NCBI RefSeq assembly: GCF_009914755.1
Contig: NC_060930.1
Reading direction: 5' to 3' (one strand)
Source of the DNA: the human T2T-CHM13v2.0 reference genome, Homo sapiens
DNA: 64,000 nt
Made by a program: the position numbers and the translations under genes
In this document: one piece after another, positions 29,868-44,200 of the stretch
Layout of the letters: each line of letters starts with the position of its first letter
Numbering within the stretch: position 1 is the stretch's first letter
Notes under the pieces: model-generated
Database searches by the model: none
Seen by the model: only the letters and a program-made list of their open reading frames with translations
Told to the model about the DNA's origin: nothing

Positions 29868-32800
29868 AAACACTCAATAGCAGATTTCTTTCTCACCTAA
29901 AACTGTTGGATTAAGGAGTGCATTATTCAAAACAAAATTGAAACTGTAAATACTTTGAACCTAAAATAAGCAATACAAGCATTGATGTAGTGGTGCACTG
30001 CTCTTTTTCATTGTTTCTTGCCTAGGCAACATGCTCTGCACTTATTACCAAGGCTAATTGGATTAGATATCAATCTAATGGCAACCCCTGAAATAGCAAA
30101 AAGAGAAAGCTAATTTTAAAATTAATTTCACAAATGAATTTTAAAATACTTTAGAAGCATTATTTCACTAGGCTTTCTTCCTTTTAATTACAAATAAAGT
30201 TTAAAAATCTATATGAAAAGTAAAGCACAGTCCTATTTTCCCCATAACCTATTATGTAACAACTTTAATACAATAAATCTCAGAAAAAATAAATTATTTG
30301 CATATATTATTTTTAAATGACTGATAAATTATTGCCAATATTAAGAAATCTCATTTCCATTTGTAAGTCAATTTTCCCAAATTTATATTCTATTTACTAT
30401 TAAAAATAGACAGTCTTTGTTCTTGAATTAAATGGCTGCCACAACTGCCAGTTAACTTCATTTTCCTTTGCTGTTTTCACAGATTAATCAATGCAGGCCT
30501 TATTTTCACACAGGGAAAATAATCATTCCAGCTCCTCAACACAAAATGAATACATTTGTGTTCCACAATTGACTTGAAGTGAGGCACTCAAATGCCCTAG
30601 AATATGGCACAAAATTTCTTTTTGCTTTCATTCATTTCAAGATAGTGTATTAATATTATCCTCCTTGCTTCCACACAGCTGTCATCTAAAATGCCACTAA
30701 AGAATGGATGCATAATTAACTCTTTAGCTCATACATTAAATACATTTTAATAAATAGCTCTTTTCTCAGAGAAGAGAATATTTCTGTCCATTCTTAGCTA
30801 TCAGTCTCAGAGAGAACTTAGAGAGTATTTCTTATGTGAAGCAGTGCTTAGCCAAGCTAATGTAGGCACTGTATTTAAAATGCAGCCTTAGTGAATTATA
30901 AGCCATTCTGACTCATCTGAAACAATTATAGTGATTCTGATAAATTAAGAAATATTTTTAAAATGCAGAAACTGATTTGGAATTCCTGTAAGTCAAATAT
31001 TCATGCTCCAAAAACAAATTCAAGTGATGAGAAATGTAATATTTAAATGTTAATAGTAACCAATTGAAAATTAATTAAATATTTAATAAATACCAATGCA
31101 TTAAACATTAATATTTATAAGATAATTATATGTTAATAAGTCATTTATAATTTTAATATTTAGATGTTATTTACATTATAATGAGCAAGATAGTTTAATA
31201 TTTAATATTAAATTATTTGCAAAGATCCTGAATAATTTAACTGTGATAAAACCTAAAATAATACATTATTTTCTCAAAGTCAATATATTTATTATTTCAG
31301 TGATAAAATATAGGCCCCAAGGAGACAAATACAATTTCAGTTTTCATACACAAAACATAATGTATGAAGATTTAGAATGAAGTGTCCCACTGAAGGACTG
31401 AATTTTTATTTCTGCTGGCTTATTTCAAATCATTTCTAGAGGAAGTCCAAATGAGAAGCTCCATCTCTGAGTCTTTGGAATGCAGAACCCTGCCATTCGG
31501 GAGAGCATTCCTTCTTCCTCTCCCAATGCCTTCACTTGTCCCCACAGTTCTTCCTGCCAATGTGAGCTGCAGAGGAAGGTGCCTGGGACAACTGACTCTG
31601 AGACTCCTCACATAACTCTCCAAGTCTAGGGGGTTGCCAGGAAACTAAAAATTGAGGCTATTAGTTTTGTAAAAATACAGACATTCCATTGGAATTTAGT
31701 ATCAGTCTACGATACGACCACAATGTAACACAGAGGAGTTACTGATTCAGCATGAAAGTGAATGAATAACTGGAGATATGAGATTTATATTTTGGAATAA
31801 CTATTATTGATTTAAAATATTGTGTACCATTGACTAAAGATAAATTATAAATAGATAATAGTTAATATGTAAAGTATGGACAATTAATAAAAATAATCAA
31901 TTGATATTTGACTTGTGTGGGTCCTCAAATCACTGCTCATCATCTGTATTTACATTTTATCATCTGCCTATTTGGATATTTTATTATAAGCAACTTATCA
32001 CCAACTACCTAATACCTAATATCCTACTACATGATATCTAATACCACAATCTGAGTGCACATAATGCATATTAATTTAATTGGGCTGCAAGGTTATGGTG
32101 CTGAGCTCTTACTATTCTTTGTCCTCTTACTTTGTCCTTGCTCTATTGCCTGCATAGGATATGAGAGCAAGAAGATTCTCAAAATTCAAATCTCATGACC
32201 ATATGAATCTAGAGCAAGTACTTTAGTTTTTGGCTGTGCAAAAAGAGGAATGAAATTTAGTTAGTAAAATAGGTAAATACAAGTTATTAGGTAAAAATTG
32301 CTGCCTAATTAATATCTTCCTTATTCTGTTCAGACAGTAAAATCCCTTTCTACATTTTCCTTATTACTTTATTATGAAGAATTTATTGGCTACTTTCTAT
32401 GTGCAGAAAATTTCTTGTTGGTAAGTGGTAATTTGGCCCAGAATGAAATTTAGTGCTTATGAGCAGTTAGTTCTCCTAAAGTAAAATGCATTACTTCTCT
32501 CTAGACTTTGCAACAGCAGGAGAACCAGACTACAAAGAAAGTACAATATAAGACTCGGGATTATAGAGGTGAGCCCTGGCCCTCCAGACCATAACCCTTG
32601 CATCTCCATTAAAAGGCTTGAGAAGCAAGAGTTGTATTTAAACACTTTTTCCAATAGCATTACGTGGCATTGACATTTCAAAATGTAAATAATTCCGAAA
32701 TAGAAATCTCATCTCTTATCACCAGTGATCCTGCCAGATATCATCAAATTTATCCTTTCCTTTGATCTCAGTGCATGTAATTCTGTGAAGCTCATGAGCA

Positions 32801-34692
32801 TGATTTTCCTCAAATTGATGTAGCAAGTGTAAAAAATGATTGTATTTTGCAAGTAAAAGTTTGATTTTTCAAAAAATGACTACTTACAAATAATAATATG
32901 CCTTCTCATCAGAACATAAGCTTCAAGAGATTGTTCACTACAACATCTCTAAGATTGAGATCAATGGCTTACATGTGTTAGCCATTAAGTAAATACTTGT
33001 TAAATGAGTAATGTTCTCTAAACGTGTATAAAATTATTACTTAAAATGGTTTAAAATCTGGTGCAAACTTTTATATGTAGTTGTAAGTTTCTCAACACCA
33101 AATAGCAGAAACCAAGGAGGGACAATGTCCACCCTGTACATCATCATGTTCTCAGAGACTAGTGATACCTATATGCAAATTTTCAATGAATTAAAGAAAG
33201 GCCCAGTTTGTGTCTTATTCATTGATCATCCTGTGTAACCAATTGTACAAGGCTTGCGGCCTCATTCCTATATGATTAAGAATGTGCTTGGAACAATAGA
33301 AATATATTTATTTTTGTGTTGAACTCAAAGAGTGCTGCAGGGGCAGGTGTGGATGCTCTAAAATGCTAGGCAATCTTACACCTCAGCCTGGCTGGCCCCT
33401 GGTGTGGCTTTGGAGACAGCCTGGGATTTGGATGCTAGTGTTTTTATTAAATACCATCTAATGCCTTTGACCCCTTCCTTCCAATGAGTGGAAATTATAT
33501 AAGGAACAAAATTATAGCTGCACTTCCTATGGCAGCTTATCAACTGAGCCAGAACTGTGCAGACTTGTTCATCACTTGTATTTCTGTGAAATAATTTCTG
33601 AAATTATGTTAATTTGTTTTGGAAAATAGTTCTGTCTCCTATAACAGCAAAATATTAGGTTAATTTGATTAGTGCTAGAGAAACTTAGATTTGGGAGAGA
33701 GTAAGCCTGGTGCTCATTTTGGATTAATTATTTACTTTTTTTCCTGAAAAATAGTATAAAAGATCTCCTTCCCCTTAAAATAGTGAAATAGCAAGTGATA
33801 GCATTTTGAGAAATCCTAATTTAGGAAGGACGATTTAGGATTTAGGAAGGAAGCTGAACGCCTTTCCTTTAAACAAACTCAGGTTTAAAGTACCACATCC
33901 TGTTCTTTTTACCAAGTCTACTGAACCCTGCTCCCACCTCCTGACAAAACAAACAAACAAACAAACAAACCCCCAAATAATCAGACACACTTGAATTCAC
34001 ATTCTTGTTCTGTTACTGGCAAATTGTTGAACTGAGGCAAGGTACTTAATGCTCTCAGTCTTAGTTTCTCACCTGAAAAATGCAGATGACAATATAAGTG
34101 TGCATCCCAAAGTCTTATCTGTTTCCCATCCTTCTCTAGAGGATTCTAATGGAGGTTAGAGTAAACAAATAGATAGATGTATAATTTCTATAAGGATTAC
34201 TTCTGCAATTGCTAATCCTTATTATAAAATGCTTAGTACAGAGCCATAATAGGTACTCCATGTGTGGTAGCAGCAATTAATAGTATTTCAACCACCGATG
34301 AGAATATAAGAACAGAAGTTGAGCTTCATAGCCATACTCTCACATTGACTTCACCTTTGTTGTTCAGTTTCCTCATAAAAATGGAGATAAAAATACTTAA
34401 TATTTCAATTTACTTTAAAGAAATAAATACAAAATATCTGTAACTAATCAGCCCATGGTTAGCAATAATTGTGGTGGTGGCTTATTTTTCTCCTCCTATT
34501 TCTGGGCTTGGCCTTGTGTTAGTCAGTTTATGACTGGTTTTAAGGAAGATACTCTTCTTCCTTTCCTCTCAGCATCAGGACGTGCCCTTCGCCAGCCTGA
34601 TGCAGCATCATATGAAGCCCCAAACACAGCAATAACCATTGTTTCCTTTTCTCTTCCCCACAGAGAGGAATAAAGTGAACATGGTATTATTT

Positions 34693-34872
34693 AATTTATT
34701 TATTTTTGTTAGAGACCGGGTCTCACTATGTTGCCTAGGCTGGAGTGCAGTGGCTATTCGCAGGCATGATCATTGCACAATTATGGCTTCAAACTTTTGG
34801 GCTGAGGCAATCCTCCTGTCTCAGCCTCTGGAGTAGCTAGGACTACAGTCATGCACCAATGCCAAGCAGCCT
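34693..34872 (-). mobile_element. Fossil Alu monomer (FAM) with 11-bp TSD
   Basis: Monomer carrying the FAM/7SL-type segment gcagtggctattcgcaggcatgatc; TSD tggtattattt at 34682-34692 and 34873-34883. Confidence 0.85.
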
Positions 34873-34921
34873 TGGTATTATTTTAATAAAAATTCAAGAC
34901 TATAAATATTTAAATTAGTAA

Positions 34922-35280
<359 letters not shown>

Positions 35281-35918
35281 ACATATGTATTTTAAAGAAT
35301 CGCAAACTATGTCTCAAACATGATGTACTGTATTGATATATCATAGAAATTCAATAGATCTTAACTGAGTATAATTATGATTAATTTTAAGTGGCATTTT
35401 AATTAAGGAATATATTTTTTAAATAAATTGATTTTATAGACTGACATCCTTATTGACTATCAATTTTTTTGAGCCAAGCATTATTTGGCTATGCATGCTA
35501 GAAAAATAACTTGAGAGTTATTTTATAGTAACAATTTCTGCCCTTAAAGTTTGTAAATATTTTAAATGTATGTTACTCTGATGATCTTTTGACAGCAGAA
35601 AAGACACAATATTGTTGCCAAATCAATGAGTCAGACAATGAACACAGTTAAACATACAAGACGCTATTCAGAATGATCACTGTTGCTGTTGAAAATGATT
35701 TATGATTGTGATTAATTGCTTTTAAAATTTTGATCAAAATTGATCTGTCTAATTTTCTGGTACTAGCTGTGTAAGTCAAATCTCACCCTGGAATTACATG
35801 AATCAATTTAGTCTAGACTTCTGGAAAAACTAGGGGGAGAAAGATGGAAATAATGTTTGAATTGTCGGTGACTGATGGATGTTCCGATTTCACAGTTTTA
35901 GTAAAGAAAAGGTCTTAC

Positions 35919-35977
35919 CGTAGCTGTCATAGGCATCCTCACTTACTCCATGACCGTAGTCATAGTATTCAGGCACA
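35919..35977 (-). CDS. KHDRBS2: KHDRBS2 (SLM-1) penultimate coding exon, 59 nt, tyrosine-rich tail
   Basis: Minus strand reads aaatttgttgcag|TGTGCCTGAATACTATGACTACGGTCATGGAGTAAGTGAGGATGCCTATGACAGCTACG|gtaagacc, giving (S)VPEYYDYGHGVSEDAYDSY(A). Canonical AG/GT sites; phase matches the next exon; typical Tyr-rich C-terminal region of the Sam68/SLM family. Confidence 0.95.
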
Positions 35978-36559
35978 CTGCAACAAATTTAGATAGCAAT
36001 CAATGTTACTATAACCAGGAAATTCAACCCAGAAACTCATATGGAATTTGAAGGCAAAATGTGTGCTGAGGTAATATTCCAGGAACTTCAAGGCATAAAA
36101 CACAATCCTAAATAAATCTTCAGTAAGAAAAACACAGGTTATTGACAAGGAGTGCTATGATTTTTTTTAATGCCATCTCAGTATTTCTTTCTCTCTATCC
36201 ACCAATTTGATAAATCAAATTTCCCCTAAAACACAAGTATAACACTTCAAAATCTGTCAAGAAGAGAGTTATAAAAGGCCTATTTCCAAGAAAAAGTGCT
36301 CTCTAAGATGACAATCTGGTCAATCATGTATAGCTTTTAATGCTGTTATCTTAAGAAATATGCATCATTTTTTCACTTTGAAACACTAAACTGTATTTAT
36401 AATCCCCTTTATCCCTTTTACATCATGTCTGTGCACTCCCCAAATATATAAGCTATTTTGTTTCACTCGATATTTTGCTAGATGCTTCCATATTTCAATA
36501 ACTGTCAAAGGTGTTCTTCCTCCATTTCTTACTCAAAGGAAACTCTCTCTCTGACTCAC

Positions 36560-37900
36560 TCTGCTACCCCTTTACAATTGTCCTCACTGTTTCCTGCTGC
36601 ATCCACTTCCCCCTTTAAGGCATAATGCCTATTAGCACTCCAAAGTCTTACGTGTTTCTTATCCGTAAAAAGCTCTGCCTCATCCACATAATTCCTTCTA
36701 GCAACTATCCCATTTCTTGAAAAGAAGTGACTTTACTCACTCTTTTCACTGACTCTTCTCCATAGGCATTTGAAGACAATCAGGCTGTCGTTCCACTGCT
36801 CCACTGAAACAGCTCTTGACAAGATCTTAACATTTTCACATTCAATGGTCAAGACTTAGTGTTCATTTTACTTTAGCACCATTTAACACAGTTGATTATT
36901 TCATGATTCTGCAAACATTTCACTTGCTTCAGATATCTCCTCTTTCATGGGTCTTCAAGTGCACTTCATTTCTTCATTTTTCCCTATGGTTACCTTCTCA
37001 TTTTTCCAATCACTTATTCCTGGAGACCACTAGGGCTCAGTTGAATGTTTCTCTTTTCTATTCATACTTACTCCCTAGGCAGTCTCATCTGGTCCTAATG
37101 TTCTATCTAATAGCAAATTCACTTCGAATTGCAAAATATATCCAGAATCTGAACACGTCTAAACATATCCACAGCTATCACTGAGTTAAAGTTATTACTA
37201 TCTCTCATTTAAATGAGTATGCTATCCTTCTAAGTGGTTTCTAGGCCCTGATTGCTCTGTTTCTATTATCGATGTAGCAGTCAAAGTCATTCTTATAGAA
37301 GTAAGTTAGATCATATTAGCTCCCTACTCAAAATTCACAAATAGCTTCCCCATAGTCTTTAGGAGAAAAATAAAAAATTCTTATTTTGCTTACACCATTT
37401 GTCCCCCCCTTGTATTTCTCAGACCTCATGCTCTAACACTTTCTCCTTGCTCACTCACCCTACTCAGGGGGCATGGCCTCCTAGATGTTCTCTGAACATT
37501 ACAAACACATTACTGCCTCAGGGCTTTTTCATTTGCTGTTTCTCCTACCTGAAACAGGCTTTCTCTAAATGTCCAATTGTCCCTTTTCCCATTCTTTCAG
37601 AGCTCACTCAAATGTCACTTATGAGAGATTTCCCTGATCAGTCTATTTAGACCAGGGACCACCTACCTTGCTTTGCTCACCTTAGCATTCATTGATCATC
37701 ACCATACATATTATATAAACAAACACACAAACACCCATTTGCTTATTTATTTATTGGCTGTTCCCCTCTTCTAGAATATAAACTTCTTGTTATAGAAAAT
37801 TGGTCTCTCATTTATTTCATTTATTCATTTGCTGTCGTTGTTCCAAGCAGATTTTCTAGAACAAAGTTTGGCACATAAGAGCTGCTCAATGAATATTTAT
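36560..37900 (+). mobile_element. LINE-2 3' fragment
   Basis: Pyrimidine-rich degenerate L2 body (gttccactgctccactgaaacagctcttgacaag) ending ctagaacaaagtttggcacataagagctgctcaatgaatattt. Confidence 0.7.
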
Positions 37901-39269
37901 AGGACAATAGAATAAATTACTCATAGGAAGCCCAGACACCATTTAATTGAGTAGCCTAATAAAACCACGTCACAATTTAAAAAAATAACATGCAAAAGAG
38001 AAATTTAATTTAATTTAATTATTATTGGGCTAATTCATGTATTTTTAATCTTACTGAGGGATCTATAAATATTGATGATACATTATATTTTCCTTCAAAT
38101 ACACTTCTTGGTTTAAAGTTAGATGTCAAGCATTGCCCCCCTATATAATTCTTAATTTATAAGTTACCTCAAGGTCAGTAATTCATTTTAACTATATAAA
38201 AGTGTATCAAGACAATGGCTGAATATCAAAAACCAAATCATATAAGGGCTGAGGGTAGGGGATAGATGCCAAAGGGTTAGGATGGAAGGAACGACAGAAG
38301 GGCCTAAAATTAGATGTTCTCTGAATGTGGTTATTATTATCCCACAAAGCAATTCCATAGGTCTCATTATTTTAAGTACTTTTGATTTTATTGATAGTAA
38401 AGCAAGAGAAGCAGAAAAAGAAAAGAAAAGTCTATATATCAGAGATAAAAAGAGGGGCAGAGAGAACTTTGGTCATCCTTATCTTCCTTGGAGGCAATTT
38501 ATAATGCATAAACTTCAACATAAGTGTAAAGAAGCCGAAAAAATGATTGCCTAGCTCAGCCCTCACTGCCCAACATGTTTACATTCAAACTGTCTAAAAA
38601 ATTATGGTAATGTGTTCTCTTCATCCTTCGAATGACTTGAGATTGTAGAAGGCTAATGGCATTGGCTGGAATCTGGATGTGTATCTCTTCTTTCACATAC
38701 TTGACATGATAAAAATGATGCAACCCAACTCAGAGTCCTCATATAGGGGTAGCAAATTCCTGAGAGTTGTTAAATTGATTCCTTAAATGATTAAGAGGTG
38801 GACTTCATGAGAAAATAATTTAACAAGCAGCAGTCCCACTTATAGCAGCATAGAGGAAAATGCTGGCATTAAGGGAAGCTTCTCCTTCCCTTGTCATCAT
38901 CAATACATTTTCTATGAGTAAGCCCCGATCATGTTCCCCAAAGTGTGCTATGTAGCACTATAACAGCATCAAGTGGTATTAATATGTTTCTCACTTTTTA
39001 TTTTAATTGCTTAAGATAAGAGACAGAAAAAGAACAGTAGTGGGAGAGAATATGATAAAGAAGCACAGTTATTGTCTATCATAAGTGATACATACACAGC
39101 AAGAGGGAATTTTAACTTTCAGAACTCTAAACAAGGGAGAACAGAGCATACTAGATATTTGTAAAATAATGGAAGATAATGGAAAATGATGTATAATAAT
39201 CAAAATGGACTCTGCCACAGTCTATACCTTAGATTATTAAAATATAACTTCTCATTTCTTCCATAGATA

Positions 39270-41221
39270 AATGTTTACTTGGACAAATGGCTGCACTAAT
39301 AGTGAATACACCCTTTCAGCTAGATGTGCCACCCTTTCAGCTAGATGTGCCCTCGTGACTAAGTTAGGACACATGGGATGTGTGCAGAGATGGGAGTGTA
39401 AATTAAGATCCTTTCCCGTTTAAGAATAATCTCCTCATCCTGGGCTTGTGCACATTTACCTTCTCAGTTGGTAGAAGGCATTCAAAGTGATGATCTAGTA
39501 TCTGCAATGCAAACAAAGACAATGCCTTAAGAAGTCATCAGTTGCAACACGGGAGGTACCTCTGCCTCTAAAAGATCACATGGAGCAGACTTATTTTACA
39601 CTACTGCTTGCCTCGGGGATTGTTAAGAGAAAAATACATTTTAAAAATATTATTTGAGTCACTGAATTTTGAGCCTCTGTTACAACAGAGTAGATGAATA
39701 CAGGAATAACTATGTAGAAATGTGGAATTACCATTTATATCCCAAACTATAGGGCATTATCTTAGTGGGAGGGTGGTGGGTGCAAAGAAAAAAATACTTT
39801 AGGGTGAAAAACTGATGGCCCTTGTTATGCCATTGCCAGTGACAACTTGGAAAGCAGGCTATGGGCCTGGATATACTTTGCTCGAGAAAAATGTTGAACA
39901 AAGCCCAACTATTGGTGATCCTTGCTACTTTTTAGAAAGGTTTACAAATTATAAGAGCTCAAATAAGAATGGTCATTTTACAAGATGAAACAAAAGTGAA
40001 CAGAACTTTACTAAGAGTGGCTTTTTCTGATTTCTGTGTTAGTTCTATAATTTAAATTGATAGAAGGTTCAAAAATTTGAGGCTTAACAGGATACAGTGA
40101 AGCTAGTTACTTCTCTATTTCAATCGCAAGAGATAATATACAGTGCTCAAAGATGTCCTCACATCTTTCCATTGGACTTTGCTACCATATATGACCCCTA
40201 GAACAATCCTTAGGCTTCCAAACATACACCAGAAGAAAGCATGCTGCAAAAATTGTAAAGTTCCCAAGGAGGGCATACTCTACTTTACTGGATTAAGATA
40301 CGGCCATGGATAAGTCCATTTATCCACTGGGATAAAGAAGACCCTTCCAGGGTATCTGGCTTAACTCCCAGAAAAGAGAACTGAGGTTGCCAGATGCGCT
40401 TATTAAAAAGACAAAACAAAACAAAACAAAACAAAACATTTCACTGCTGTTTCTAGGTGCCTTTACCTCTTGGCAGGATTTTATAACTGTTATTGCCCAC
40501 TGAGTCTTATGTGTTTTCTTCTGTTTTTCTAATGATAGTTTCTATTGCAGTTATTCTGTTCCCCTTTGACCATTTTACATTGTGTGTTTTGTATGGGGTA
40601 GAAGGTTGAGAATAAGAAAGATAATCTAACATTTTTCAGGTTGCCAAATTGTAAAGAACTACACCAATACTTAATGTGGAGATGTGCATATTTTCTAGAG
40701 GTCCTGGATTTTGGACTGGTTGCAGTAATTGGAATGAAACTTAGATTTTCTTTGTTGGGAAGAAAGTAGGTATTTTTTTTTTAACAGAAAGAAAGATAAT
40801 CACTCACATGTGGATGACTAGAGCATTGGGCTATAGAAGACTTCTCGTTGTTCCCCTCTACAACCAATCTGTCCCTTATTCCATAAGAGATACTGATCAG
40901 CTCAAGACTACATTTTCTAGTCTCCTTTACCTTTGAGTGTCTATGTGCAGAGTGATGTTACTAATTTTTTACGACTTGTTTATCCTCTATTTCCTTTCAG
41001 TTTTCATGTAACTGGCTGGAAATGGCAATGGCTAGAGTAACTTTGGACTCATGTTAATGATGGCTTCTCACTAGCCTGGATCAGTGAATGATGCCATGGA
41101 GCAGAGCCCACCTACCTGCCCTAGCCTATTATGTAGGAGAGATAAACTTTTCTCTTGTTTGAGCCACTGAATTGTGAGACATCCTTATTATGGAAGCTTA
41201 GTCCATATCCCAAATAATATA
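39270..41221 (+). mobile_element. Ancient MaLR/ERVL-type LTR - internal - LTR remnant
   Basis: Two LTR-like blocks (~39270-39700 and ~40810-41221) share catggagcaga and tttgagycactgaattktgag, separated by ~1.1 kb of internal-like sequence. Confidence 0.55.
39309..39350. repeat. Perfect 21-bp tandem duplication
   Basis: caccctttcagctagatgtgc x2. Confidence 0.95.
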
Positions 41222-44200
41222 GTTGGCAATTAATACAATCCCCTGAAGACTAACAGACATTCAGTAACATTTGTCGAATGAATGAATAAATGTTTTAATT
41301 TTAAAGACTGAAACTAGAGATCATTGTATTTGAACATGAATAATCTTAGAACATTTTAAAGGAAATTTGTTTATAGAACTTTGTGTATGCTTTAGCGGGA
41401 TGTCCACTTATATTGACAGCAATTGGAACAGTAAAACAAAAACAACTCATGTCTTTTCTGATAAAAATAAAATTCAAATAAAAAGTAATATATTAATCTG
41501 CTATTGGCTCCTGCCTCCTTCACTCCACTTATTTACGTATTAATCTATTTCATTATTTTTAGTGTCTAAGGTCTAGAAGTCAAAAAGCCAAAATCGTGTG
41601 TAGAATTTTACTAATAATTAGATATATTTTGAGTCAATGCAGCTAACATTATATATCTTGATTTTAAGTATGTGCCACTTCCTAGAAAAATTATACCTGC
41701 TATAACCACCGAAGTAATTAAGTTCCAAATCACTGATAATTGCCATAATTTTAATTAAAATCTCTGTAATTGTAACAATGTGTTTAGAAACCTTAATCAC
41801 TATATTTCTAGAATATAAAATAGAATAATAGTGAATTAAAAATTAAATAACCAGGTTGTATTTATATAAAATCCATTTGTCTACATTTATTCCTATTTCA
41901 ACATGATTAAAGAACATGATAAATGAAACAAATGTAATAAAAATAGCAGCTTTCTGAAATAATGAAAAGTATACAGCCAACTTTTGCCAGTCAATGTCAC
42001 ATATTTTAAAAATTCATTTTATTATTTTATTGCATATATTTATGGTTTAAACACGAGCTTTTGATATACATGGTGAAATGGTTACTATAATCAAGCCAAT
42101 TAACTTATGTTAAAAATATTATGAAATAACAATATGAAAATTATATGTGAGGGATATATATCTAACTATTTTTAGCATTTAAGGGGGTATTCTTAAATTT
42201 TGTTCTCATCAGCATTTACACTGAAACCTTATTATACTGTGCATTTATATTGTATTGATAGAGATATTAGTCAAGCAAAGATAAATTTTCAGCCAGGTCC
42301 CCATCCTCAAATTGCAAATTGATAGTGCCTTTATTTTTATATCCACTTATGTGTCTATCAAATTATTCTATTAAGCTTCCTAAAGCTCCAAGAAAGTGCT
42401 ATTTAAAAAACATTAAAACTACTGTGTAGATGAATGAGTATAACACACATGTAGATATATCAACTCTCACCACCAACCAGAACCCCCTCTTAATGTCATT
42501 CATGGTATTCACTAAACACTGATAGATTGAAGGAATGGGAAACCTTTCACCAAATAGCTCAAGACTCCACAACTTCCATCCACATCTCAGTACTGTTGTA
42601 TTATCTGCTAATTCTGATGGTTATCCTGAATCTTCCCTTGGAGGAGAACATCTATGATTCCCAGTGCTGAAGGTGAAGTTAACCAACAGTTCAACTTTAT
42701 GCCTATGGTGGGAAACCTATACCTATGGAATGCTTATGTTGGAAAACCTATTTGCAGGTAGGTTTTAAAGATGATTTTCATTTGTCTATTCCTTCTAGAC
42801 AAAGTCTTACCTTCCCATAGAAACTAGCTGCATGTGTCTTTCCCACCTTCACCTATCCCAACACATTCTTTCATTTTCATTATCCCTAACTATACAAAGT
42901 AATAATATAACAACCATAAAACAAAAACAAATGCCTAGTAGCTACATATACATACATTCAGTCTGTTTTTTAAAACACTAAACAACAAATAAATGGGGCT
43001 GAAAAAGGCTTCACGGAAATTACAGTCTAATAGAAAAACCATTAAACAAGTGTTAAGGAGTCATTAATTCATTCTTTTTGTTGTTGTTGTTTTTCATCGT
43101 ATATGGAAACCCTAAAAATAAGTAGGAATTTCCTGGGTAAGATGGAATGAAGAAGCCTTATGGTAGGGGGTCAGCACCAACCAAGTCCCAGAGGCAAGAA
43201 AATGTGTGCCATTAGCAGCTACTTTGCTGGAGTGACCGCGTATCAGTATTAGGGAGAGAGGGGCTCAATATTCAATCTTGAGACATATACAGGGACCAAA
43301 TCTTGAAGGACCTTGTCTTAACATGGTAAGCAGTTTGGATTTTATATTAGGAGCCATTGAAGACAATGAAGGATTTAAGAGGGAAGCATGATTATATTTT
43401 GGCTTAAACAGGTCACTCTGCGGGCAGTGTCTTTCCTTTTTGATGCCTTATCATCAACACCTGGCACATTATTCAACACATAGTAGTGCTCTACAAATAT
43501 TTATTGTGTAAATAAATGTATAAGCAAATCATTGTAGTATGAATAATTTTCACAATTGATCTCTGCTTTGTGTTTTTACACCTATATTTCCTTTATATCC
43601 ATGAACTTGGGCTTTTTTGTTAAATTAAAACGTGAGAAAATTGACATATTAAGATAAATGATTTGTAAACACAATTTATAATATCTCAGGTCATTAGATG
43701 CTACATTTAGGATCCATAATTAAAACTGCTAAATGTAGTTTTTATACAACTTTGCAGGATAATTCTGGGCTAACTTCACTCATCAACTCAAAAGCATTTT
43801 GAAAGGTTTGTAAAATCTGATATTTTGGAGGCCCAAACTCAAATGCATAGATTATTAAGAAGCAGGATTTGCTTAATTCTCTTTTTGCCAAAATTTTAAT
43901 AACATCTGCAGTGAAAGAGAACCTATATCCATTATATGCTAATTCCTAATTGATTTTACTCTTTCCGACTCCCTACCCCTCTACCAACTGATTTCTGAAT
44001 TTTAAAATAAGAGGGGGCCTTAAACAACAAATTAAGTAATCTGTATCTTTAACATTCTTCTACTTCTTCTCCCCTCCAAGAAACAAAAATAACCATAAAA
44101 AATATATATTTAATGCTTCTCTGGCACTTGGTACACACCAAACACTGCTAAGAGGTTTACATAACCTTTCTTATTTAATTGCCACAATTTTTGAATGATA

